Below are positions 25,273 to 32,000 of a stretch of 32,000 nucleotides of DNA, one piece after another. This DNA is from Synechocystis sp. PCC 6803 substr. PCC-P (GTDB lineage: Bacteria; Cyanobacteriota; Cyanobacteriia; Cyanobacteriales; Microcystaceae), in assembly GCF_000284455.1 (NCBI RefSeq), contig NC_017039.1, positions 90,001 through 122,000 of the forward strand, in the 5' to 3' direction. The notes below the pieces were generated by a model. It saw only the letters and a program-made list of their open reading frames with translations. It was not told the origin of the DNA and made no database searches. Made by a program: the position numbers and the translations under genes. How positions within the stretch are numbered: position 1 is the first letter of the stretch; every line of letters starts with the position of its first letter.

Positions 25273-26477
25273 CCCCAGAATTGAATCCTAATTTTCCCGA
25301 AGAAACTACCTCCGATGCTTGGCTGACCCCAGCAGATGCCGGCCAGGATGGTGATGCCCAGGAACCGGCGGAAGATGGGGGAGAAGAAGGAGTAGTGTCG
25401 GAAGAACTGGCCCTGCCTGAGGACTTACCTCCTATGGATGCCATGGTGGCGGCAGTGGAAGAAATGACTCCGGTGGTGGTGCCCGAAACTGTACCAGAAA
25501 CAGAAACCCCAGCCTTAGAGGATTTGGTCGCCCAAAAGACCGCCCTGGAAAAGGACATTGCCGCTCTGCAACGGGAAAAAGCCCAGTGGTATGGCCAGCA
25601 GTTCCAGCAATTACAGCGGGAAATGGCCCGGTTAGTGGAGGAAGGCACCAGGGAATTAGGGCAAAGAAAAGCAGCTCTGGAAAAGGAAATTGAGAAGTTA
25701 GAGCGCCGTCAGGAACGGATTCAACAGGAAATGCGTACCACTTTTGCCGGGGCTTCCCAGGAGTTGGCCATCCGCGTGCAGGGCTTTAAGGATTATTTGG
25801 TGGGGAGTTTGCAGGATTTGGTTTCCGCCGCCGACCAGTTGGAATTAGGGGTGGGGGACAGTTGGGAGTCTTCCTCTACCCATGGGGATGCGATTATTGA
25901 AAATGCCGACCCAACTCCGGTGGTGAGTTTTGCGGAGCAGGGTTTTAGTAGCCAAAAACGACAAATCCAAGCTTTGCTGGAGCAATACCGCACTCGCCCT
26001 GATTATTACGGTCCCCCTTGGCAGTTGCGTCGTACCTTTGAGCCAGTCCACGCCGAACGGATTGAGAATTGGTTCTTTACCCTGGGCGGTCGGGGAGCAA
26101 TCCTCAGTTTAGACAGTCGTTTACAAAATATTTTGGTGGGTTCAGCGGCGATCGCCATTTTGAATCAGCTCTACGGCGATCGTTGTCGGGCGTTAATTTT
26201 GGCGGCCACCCCAGAAAGATTGGGGGAATGGCGACGGGGTTTACAGGATTGTTTGGGTATTTCCCGCAGTGACTTTGGCCCAGACCGGGGCATTGTTTTG
26301 TTTGAATCGGCCAATGCCTTGATCCAGCGGGCGGAAAGATTGGTCGGCGATCGCCAAATGCCGTTGGTGTTGGTGGATGAAACAGAGGAACAAATTGACT
26401 TAGCCCTGTTGCAATTCCCCCTTTTACTGGCCTTTGCACCTAGTTACCAAGTCGGAGGCAGTAACTATTTTTCTTAG
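25269..26477 (+). CDS. Conserved hypothetical coiled-coil protein (acidic N-terminus, long coiled coil, globular C-terminal domain)
   Basis: From ATG 25269 (MTPELNPNF...) it has a coiled coil EKDIAALQREKAQWYGQQFQQLQREMARLVEEG...EKEIEKLERRQERIQQEM. It contains several HIP1 sites. Confidence 0.65.
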   Translation: MTPELNPNFPEETTSDAWLTPADAGQDGDAQEPAEDGGEEGVVSEELALPEDLPPMDAMVAAVEEMTPVVVPETVPETETPALEDLVAQKTALEKDIAALQREKAQWYGQQFQQLQREMARLVEEGTRELGQRKAALEKEIEKLERRQERIQQEMRTTFAGASQELAIRVQGFKDYLVGSLQDLVSAADQLELGVGDSWESSSTHGDAIIENADPTPVVSFAEQGFSSQKRQIQALLEQYRTRPDYYGPPWQLRRTFEPVHAERIENWFFTLGGRGAILSLDSRLQNILVGSAAIAILNQLYGDRCRALILAATPERLGEWRRGLQDCLGISRSDFGPDRGIVLFESANALIQRAERLVGDRQMPLVLVDETEEQIDLALLQFPLLLAFAPSYQVGGSNYFS

Positions 26478-26517
26478 TCCAATCAAAGTCTAATTAGCCC
26501 GGCCATTCCCCTAACTT

Positions 26518-27693
26518 TTAGCCTTGGATGCTGGTCAACTGGGGACAGAGTTGAGCAAAAACTTGTTTAATCGTCCGGGCAGTGGTCTCAATATCCGCCA
26601 TGGTGGTTTCCCGGCCAAAGGTGAGACGAATACCCGCTAGGGCCTGTTGTTCCTGGTAACCCATGGCCAACAGTACTGGGCTGGGATTAAGTTTGCCGGA
26701 ATTACAGGCGGCCCCGGCACTAATGGCAATACCTTCCCGGTTCAAAGCCCGCACCAACTGTTTCCCGGTCAGCCCCGCAGTGCAATGGCGACGGGATTGG
26801 ACAACAAAGCTAACGTGATGGGGCAATCGATAAAGGCGATCGCCAGTGGGGGTCAAAAATTCGCAGTCGGCCAGCAGGTCGAAGCAACGGTCCCGCAGGG
26901 TTTGTAACCTAGTCATTTCCTCGGCCAATTCATGGTGGGCCAACTTGGCGGCTATCCCCAAACCAACAATGGCCGGCAGGGGAGGAGTACCGGATCTTAA
27001 ACCTTGTTCCTGCCCTCCTCCCATGAGTAGTGGGCCAATGGCCAGGTCGGGATGAATGTATAAAGCCCCAGCACCCTGAATACCATAAAGTTTGTGACTG
27101 GAAAGGGAGAGCAGATCCACTGGTAAACGCTTAACGTCCACTGGACAGCGCCCCGCCACCTGCACTGCGTCGGTGTGGAAGGGAATATGTCGTTGCCGAG
27201 CTATACGACCCAATTCTTCGATGGGTTGGAGGGTGCCTACTTCGCTTTGGCCGTAAATAACGGAAATTAGTACTGTATTGCTTTGTATTGCTTGCTCTAG
27301 TTCCAGCGGATTCACCCGCCCCTGGGCATTCACCCCTAATCTAGTTACTTGCCAGCCTTGGTTTTCTAGCCATCGCACTGGTTCGGCGATCGCCGAGTGT
27401 TCCACCGTGGAAATGATTAAATGTTGGGGACTGGGGTAATTGCGGGTGACCCCAAATATGGCTAGATGGTTGGCTTCGGTGCCACCGGAGGTGAAAACAA
27501 TGCTGTCGGGGTGGCTAGCGTTGAGCAGTTGGGCCACTTGCAGACGGGCGGTTTCTAAGGCCAAGGCGGCCCGGTTACCCCAATGGTGCAGACTAGCGGG
27601 ATTGCCCCAACTTTGGTCCAAAAAACTTTGTACGGCGGCCTTTACCTCTTGCCGGGGCGGAGTGGTGGCACTGTAATCGAGGTAAATTTTCAT
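26518..27693 (-). CDS. Cysteine desulfurase, NifS/IscS-like (class V aminotransferase)
   Basis: The motifs are GGTEANHLAI, HTDAVQ, the PLP-lysine motif LSLSSHKLYG and the catalytic Cys loop ISAGAACNSG. Confidence 0.9.
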   Translation of the reverse strand: MKIYLDYSATTPPRQEVKAAVQSFLDQSWGNPASLHHWGNRAALALETARLQVAQLLNASHPDSIVFTSGGTEANHLAIFGVTRNYPSPQHLIISTVEHSAIAEPVRWLENQGWQVTRLGVNAQGRVNPLELEQAIQSNTVLISVIYGQSEVGTLQPIEELGRIARQRHIPFHTDAVQVAGRCPVDVKRLPVDLLSLSSHKLYGIQGAGALYIHPDLAIGPLLMGGGQEQGLRSGTPPLPAIVGLGIAAKLAHHELAEEMTRLQTLRDRCFDLLADCEFLTPTGDRLYRLPHHVSFVVQSRRHCTAGLTGKQLVRALNREGIAISAGAACNSGKLNPSPVLLAMGYQEQQALAGIRLTFGRETTMADIETTARTIKQVFAQLCPQLTSIQG

Positions 27694-27868
27694 GGCACAT
27701 TGATCAGGTAACGGATAACACTCTTCCTATGGGATTGATCCCATTGTAATCTTCCTCAACCCTTCGGCGATCGCCTAGCAAATAATTATCATTGCAAACT
27801 GGGCGAAATTTGGCTGATCATTGCCGATAAAATATGGCGATACCTTTATTATTGACTGCTGCCCGTTC

Positions 27869-28336
27869 ATGAAACCAATCCACAGATACATCAGATTAAT
27901 ATTATCTAAGGATCAAGACTTACTGTTTTTGTCGCTGTTGCGTACTTTTGAGAAGATACTTTCCAAGTTGTTAGCCATCTGCCTGATGGTGGTAGTTTTT
28001 GTTGCGGTGTTCGACCTATTTAAGGTGCTAATTATCGAATTGCAGACGGAACCCTTTGGCTTTTTTAATCGGAGTTTAATTGAGATTTTTGGTTTATTTT
28101 TAAATATATTGATTGCCCTGGAACTGTTGGAAAATATCACTGTTTATCTGAAAGATAATGTTATCCAAGTGGAATTGGTGATTGTGACAGCTATGATTGC
28201 GGTGGCCAGGAAAATTATTATTTTTGACTTTGGCAAATATGAAGGCATGGATTTATTAGCTTTGGGCTTTGCCATTGTCTGTTTGGCGGCGAGCTTTTGG
28301 ATGGTTAAGAAGTTGAATGTTAATAATAAGCACTAA
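27869..28336 (+). CDS. PsiE-like (phosphate-starvation-inducible E family) membrane protein
   Basis: It has four hydrophobic segments with the family pattern ...FLNILIALELLENI...VELVIVTAMIAVARKIIIFD.... The start is taken at ATG 27869. Its GC content is somewhat lower than the neighbouring genes. Confidence 0.65.
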   Translation: MKPIHRYIRLILSKDQDLLFLSLLRTFEKILSKLLAICLMVVVFVAVFDLFKVLIIELQTEPFGFFNRSLIEIFGLFLNILIALELLENITVYLKDNVIQVELVIVTAMIAVARKIIIFDFGKYEGMDLLALGFAIVCLAASFWMVKKLNVNNKH

Positions 28337-29532
28337 CTTAGTACAAAGTTTGACAATATTTGGCAATTTTCCCATAGGGGCAATGACTCCAATTCCTGCC
28401 AACTAATGCCCTTGGCGATCGCCAGTTGTAATAGGTTCATACTTTCCCGGGCCCGTTGCCCAAACCAGTGGGCGCTGATAATCCGGTCTTGGGAGTCCAA
28501 TGCCAGTTTATACATCCCCCGTAGGTCACAGTGGTCGCTGTAGGGTTCAAAGCCTCGGATGATTTTTTCGGTGTAGTCTGTGCAGGCGGGGTCCCCGATA
28601 CGATACCAAGGGGGGTCTAGGTCAATGAGAAAGGGGATTTGGCCGTAGTTAATTGGAGTGGTATTTTTTCCCAAAACCTGGTGGACCACATACCTGGCTT
28701 CCTGCTGGGCAATGGCAGGGCAATGGTAGCCCTTTAACCAGTCGCCACAGGCATAAATTTGGCTATGGGCGGTTTGCAAATGATCATTAATGCTGAGGTA
28801 TGAACTATCCTTCAATGTTTGATTAAATTCCGGCAGATTAGCGAGTAAATTTCCATACTTCAGCGATCGCCCTATGGCGAGCAAATTATCCACGGCTAGG
28901 TGATGGCGAGATTCTTCGGAACCATGGTTGAACTGGATGCTATAGGTGCTTTTGTCTTGATTGTAATGGGAAGTTAAGTTAGTGCAATTAAACCAAAATT
29001 CAATGCCTAAACTAGCCAAATAGCATTGCAGAAGGCTAGCCATTTCCCGGTCTTCCCCTGGTAATAGGTAACCATTCCGACTCAGGATGGTGACTCCATG
29101 GCCCAGTTTGGTTAGCTTCTGGGCAAAAACCAAATTTTCTGGCAGTGTCCCCACGATGACCCATCTTTGAGGCATTACCTTATCCGAATTCGGACCAGGA
29201 ATGGCAAGGACATTCGAATCTTTAGAATCGGCTTTGCCACTGGTGAGTAGATAGCTTTCCCCCTCTAAGGTCCGCTCCTGGGTTTGACATAGCAATCCTG
29301 ATGATTGTGAGAAAATTCCCTGCCCTACCACCACATCAACTCCTTGGGCTGCTAGCAAGCGTAACTCTTCCCAAAAGTTTTCCTCCCCTAAGTCCCCATG
29401 GCGATCGCCAGACCAACCCTGTTCCCAACCCTGGGTGACTAGGGCAATGCGGGCTGTGGGATATCGTTCGATGCAACTATGGGCTGCCGTTAGCCCCTCC
29501 AGACTGGCCCCGATAATCACTAGCTGGTACAT
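28333..29532 (-). CDS. Pyridine-nucleotide-disulfide-oxidoreductase-like protein with degenerate dinucleotide-binding motifs
   Basis: The fold signatures are MYQLVIIGASLEGLTAA, WVIVGTLPENLVFAQKLTKLGHGVTILSR...LPGEDRE and IYACGDW. Both GxGxxG motifs are degenerate and there is no CxxxxC redox pair. It overlaps the PsiE-like gene by 4 nt, in convergent orientation. Confidence 0.6.
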   Translation of the reverse strand: MYQLVIIGASLEGLTAAHSCIERYPTARIALVTQGWEQGWSGDRHGDLGEENFWEELRLLAAQGVDVVVGQGIFSQSSGLLCQTQERTLEGESYLLTSGKADSKDSNVLAIPGPNSDKVMPQRWVIVGTLPENLVFAQKLTKLGHGVTILSRNGYLLPGEDREMASLLQCYLASLGIEFWFNCTNLTSHYNQDKSTYSIQFNHGSEESRHHLAVDNLLAIGRSLKYGNLLANLPEFNQTLKDSSYLSINDHLQTAHSQIYACGDWLKGYHCPAIAQQEARYVVHQVLGKNTTPINYGQIPFLIDLDPPWYRIGDPACTDYTEKIIRGFEPYSDHCDLRGMYKLALDSQDRIISAHWFGQRARESMNLLQLAIAKGISWQELESLPLWENCQILSNFVLS

Positions 29533-29569
29533 AAATTAACCTTTGACTGGTAATAGGCGATCGCCAAAC

Positions 29570-29962
29570 CTAGGGATTAATCACCGTTTCTAGTCCTAAA
29601 TTTTGCAGACTTAAGGCCGCCTGTTGAGCATTGAGAGGATCGCTAAAACTACCTATTTGTAATAACCGTTGCCCATTGAAGTTGGTGAAAAAAGCGCCAG
29701 GATAGGCTGCTTTAACCTGTTGTTCTTCTACTGGGGAAGTAATCAAGGCCATTACCCGGTAAGAAGTGGCATTGGGGGTGAAGCTCAGCGCACTCGGGTC
29801 CGGCACTGGATTGGGACTGGCGGGCGGCGGTGGTAACAGTTGAGTCTGACTCACCAACAGAGGAGGCTGAATGGGAATAGCTTGGACAGGGGCGATCGCC
29901 GAGATACATAAGCAGGCACCAAGGACGGCGATCGGAGAACGGTAATTGATAACGATGGCCAT
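29570..29962 (-). CDS. Secreted protein with Pro-rich linker and a tentative SPOR-like C-terminal domain
   Basis: The signal peptide is MAIVINYRSPIAVLGACLCISAIAPVQA, followed by the linker PPPPASPNPVPDP. The C-terminus YRVMALITS...QRLLQIGSFSDPLNAQQAALSLQNLG resembles SPOR repeats. The family call is weak. Confidence 0.5.
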   Translation of the reverse strand: MAIVINYRSPIAVLGACLCISAIAPVQAIPIQPPLLVSQTQLLPPPPASPNPVPDPSALSFTPNATSYRVMALITSPVEEQQVKAAYPGAFFTNFNGQRLLQIGSFSDPLNAQQAALSLQNLGLETVINP

Positions 29963-30297
29963 GGGCAAACAATTAAAGGGGGAATAATTCTCTTTCCTGG
30001 CAATTCTACCCCTAGCCTTGCTGCTGCGCTGATTTGGTGGGCTGGAACCTTCACTGTCCGGGGGTTAGCTTATATTAAGAATGTGATAATGAATGTTTCC
30101 GCATTCTTGAAGGGATATGGCAAATGCCAAGACAGAGGTGGGATTTATTTCTGTAGGTAAACTGTGATGACCGTCATAATTTCCAAATTTCGAAACAATG
30201 ATCATTGACCGTTTACGTTTAGCTCATCGTTATGGGTTGGGATTGGTTGTCCTCATTCCCGTAGTGGCGATTTAGGAGGGAATATCTTCTTAGAAGG

Positions 30298-30537
30298 CTA
30301 AGGGTTGGGGAAAAATGCAAACTTTGTCAAAATCCCCAGAAGTGCAATAAACATCCCCGAAATGAGAACCCATAAGCGGTTGTCCTGTTTATCAGCCTGT
30401 TTTTTGAGGTCTGATAGGTTGGATTCTATTGCATTTAACCTTTCATCGATCCGAGCCTGATTAACGTCGATTTTTTTATCAAGCCCATTGATTAAGTCTT
30501 TCAGTTCCTGTAGATCGGAATCAGTTATGGTTGCCAT
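30298..30537 (-). CDS. Small tail-anchored coiled-coil membrane protein (79 aa), XhlA-like architecture
   Basis: The coiled coil is DLQELKDLINGLDKKIDVNQARIDERLNAIESNLSDLKKQ, followed by a single C-terminal TM segment (LWVLISGMFIALLGILTKFAFF). The similarity is one of architecture only. Confidence 0.5.
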   Translation of the reverse strand: MATITDSDLQELKDLINGLDKKIDVNQARIDERLNAIESNLSDLKKQADKQDNRLWVLISGMFIALLGILTKFAFFPNP

Positions 30538-30718
30538 GATGAGTTAGACTCCTTGTAGACATTAGATGTTGGATTTTTGCCCCTAGATGGAGAGAGTTTA
30601 CAGCTTCTTCTTTTCTGCTTTTAGGGTAACGGATCAGACTCGGTCCCACGACTGCTATCAAACTATGTGACCCTTTTTGATGGTGAAAGAGTAAGAATCA
30701 CATAACAACTTCTTCCCT

Positions 30719-31660
30719 ATGTTCCTCCCTTCCCCTAACAATTTATCTGGGCTTAACCAAAATATCCTCGAAGAACTTCTGCGGGATAAAAGATCGCCTA
30801 ATACCAGGAGGACCTATGCCAAAGCGTTAAAGGATTTTTTTCTCACCATGGCCGGCGAAGAACCGTCCCCAGATGTCATTGCCTGGTTTTTGAGCTTGGA
30901 TCATTTCCAGGCGATCGCCATGGTTTTACGCTATCGAGCAGAGTTACTAGCCAAGGATCTCAAACCAGCCACCATTAATGTGCGATTGGCAGCAATTAAA
31001 AGCCTAGTGAACTATGCCCGGCGGGTAGGAAAATGCCAGTACACCCTAGAAGATGTGGAAGGTTTAAAAGCAGAAACCTATCGGGATACCACCGGAGTTA
31101 GTCCCACTTCCTTCAAACAAATCACCGACCACATTACCCCTGATTCCCTCAAAGGTAAGCGGGATTTAGCCATTATGCGTTTGCTCTGGGACAATGCCCT
31201 GCGGCGGGCGGAAGTTTGTGGACTTAACGTCGGGGACTATCAACCAACAGAGCGGCAATTACTAATTAAAGGCAAAGGAAAATTAGGCAAACAGGCCATC
31301 ACCCTCAGCGCCAAGGGCATGGCTTTAATCAACCAATGGTTAACTGCCATTGGCCCCCGCCCAAAAAATGAACCCCTATTTTGCACCCTAGACCGGGCAA
31401 CTTTTGGCCATCGTCTTAGTGGCAATGCCATCTATAACCTTGTCCGCACCAGTGCCGAATCCGCCGGCATTCATAAAGTTATGAGTCCCCACCGAGTCCG
31501 CCACAGCGCCATCACCGCCGCCCTAGAAGCCACCAATGGCGATACCCGCAAAGTGCAAAAACTCAGTCGCCACAGCAATCTAAATACTCTGATGATCTAC
31601 GACGATAACCGTCACCAGCACCAGGCTCAAATCACTGATATTCTGGCGGATCTGCTCTAA
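30719..31660 (+). CDS. Tyrosine recombinase, XerC/XerD-like
   Basis: It has an N-terminal SAM-like domain (RSPNTRRTYAKALKDFF). The catalytic residues are in the usual order: ALRRAEV (Arg), SPHRVRHSAIT (HxxR) and SRHSNLNTLMIYDD (His...Tyr). Confidence 0.85.
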   Translation: MFLPSPNNLSGLNQNILEELLRDKRSPNTRRTYAKALKDFFLTMAGEEPSPDVIAWFLSLDHFQAIAMVLRYRAELLAKDLKPATINVRLAAIKSLVNYARRVGKCQYTLEDVEGLKAETYRDTTGVSPTSFKQITDHITPDSLKGKRDLAIMRLLWDNALRRAEVCGLNVGDYQPTERQLLIKGKGKLGKQAITLSAKGMALINQWLTAIGPRPKNEPLFCTLDRATFGHRLSGNAIYNLVRTSAESAGIHKVMSPHRVRHSAITAALEATNGDTRKVQKLSRHSNLNTLMIYDDNRHQHQAQITDILADLL

Positions 31661-31705
31661 ATTTTCTGGCTTATGGGAGAAATTACCGAAATTTCTTCAA
31701 TTTTT

Positions 31706-31990
31706 CTAGCCAAACTTTTCCATCATCGTTTTAGCCCGTTTATGGTTGGCGATCGCCTGACGAAATTCAGCCTTCTGCTTAGCCTGTTCCAGAATTGCAG
31801 TCCAGGCCTCTTTGTCCTCTATATAGTGTTCGAATAAAGCCTCAAATAAAACTTCCCTGCTCAAACCTTCCTTCGCACAGAGCTTGGTGAGCCGCTCCAT
31901 CATCTTGCTCTCCAGGCGAATGGTGGTCTGCTTGGTGGAAAAATTTTTGCTGACTTTGCTCACAGAATTTAAGTTACTAGACTTCGACAT
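31706..31990 (-). CDS. Small putative ribbon-helix-helix DNA-binding protein
   Basis: TTIRLESKMMERLTKLCAKEGLSREVLFEALF fits a beta-strand, helix, helix RHH pattern. It has a helical tail and contains a HIP1 site. Confidence 0.45.
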   Translation of the reverse strand: MSKSSNLNSVSKVSKNFSTKQTTIRLESKMMERLTKLCAKEGLSREVLFEALFEHYIEDKEAWTAILEQAKQKAEFRQAIANHKRAKTMMEKFG

Positions 31991-32000
31991 ACTTAAAGTT

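Noticed and set aside
25220-25648. 142-aa minus-strand ORF antisense to the acidic N-terminus of the coiled-coil protein
   Set aside because: Its low-complexity Ser/Ala/Gly/Thr-rich translation is the mirror of a Glu/Pro/Ala-rich sense frame.
30198-30275. 25-codon plus-strand ORF MIIDRLRLAHRYGLGLVVLIPVVAI* in the spacer upstream of the XhlA-like gene
   Set aside because: Its hydrophobic tail is reminiscent of small membrane peptides or type I toxins. There is no visible ribosome-binding site or partner antisense element, and it is too short to support from sequence alone.
31678-31709. AT-rich 7-bp hairpin (AGAAATT/AATTTCT) followed by T-rich sequence between the recombinase and the RHH gene
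   Set aside because: It might be a weak bidirectional terminator. The stem is short and entirely A/T-dominated, so it is not reported as a feature.
1-32000. Search for CRISPR arrays, tRNA or rRNA genes and integron-like attC arrays
   Set aside because: No regularly spaced direct repeats, tRNA-like cloverleaf candidates or rRNA-like conserved strings were noticed on either strand. This was an inspection by eye only, so small RNAs could have been missed.

Overview
This is a cyanobacterial chromosomal window. The HIP1 octamer GCGATCGC occurs at least 30 times by eye. Gene content and order match my recollection of Synechocystis sp. PCC 6803, which I cannot verify here. The backbone is housekeeping. 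It includes an RNA-turnover neighbourhood (rne-rnhB, a MutT-type Nudix gene, pnp), lepB, malic enzyme, a cysteine-synthase-like gene, ispE, ksgA/rsmA, rsmE, an O-antigen-ligase-like membrane protein, a NifS/IscS-like cysteine desulfurase, a PsiE-like protein and a XerC/D-like tyrosine recombinase, plus conserved hypotheticals. Two visibly AT-rich insertions interrupt it. (1) An island of about 4.5 kb (12922-17407) sits exactly in the ksgA/ispE junction. It is flanked by long imperfect direct repeats of that junction. It carries an atypical McrBC-like pair (462-aa McrB-type AAA+ GTPase and a 726-aa PD-(D/E)xK partner) plus a decayed IS transposase. This is my best candidate for the interesting system. 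(2) At 20.3-22.8 kb, a PrlF/YhaV toxin-antitoxin cassette bracketed by 25-bp direct repeats is followed by an AT-rich segment of about 1.5 kb encoding a 324-aa orphan protein. I recognised no rRNA, tRNA or CRISPR array. All function calls rest on motifs read by eye from the translations, because no searches could be run.
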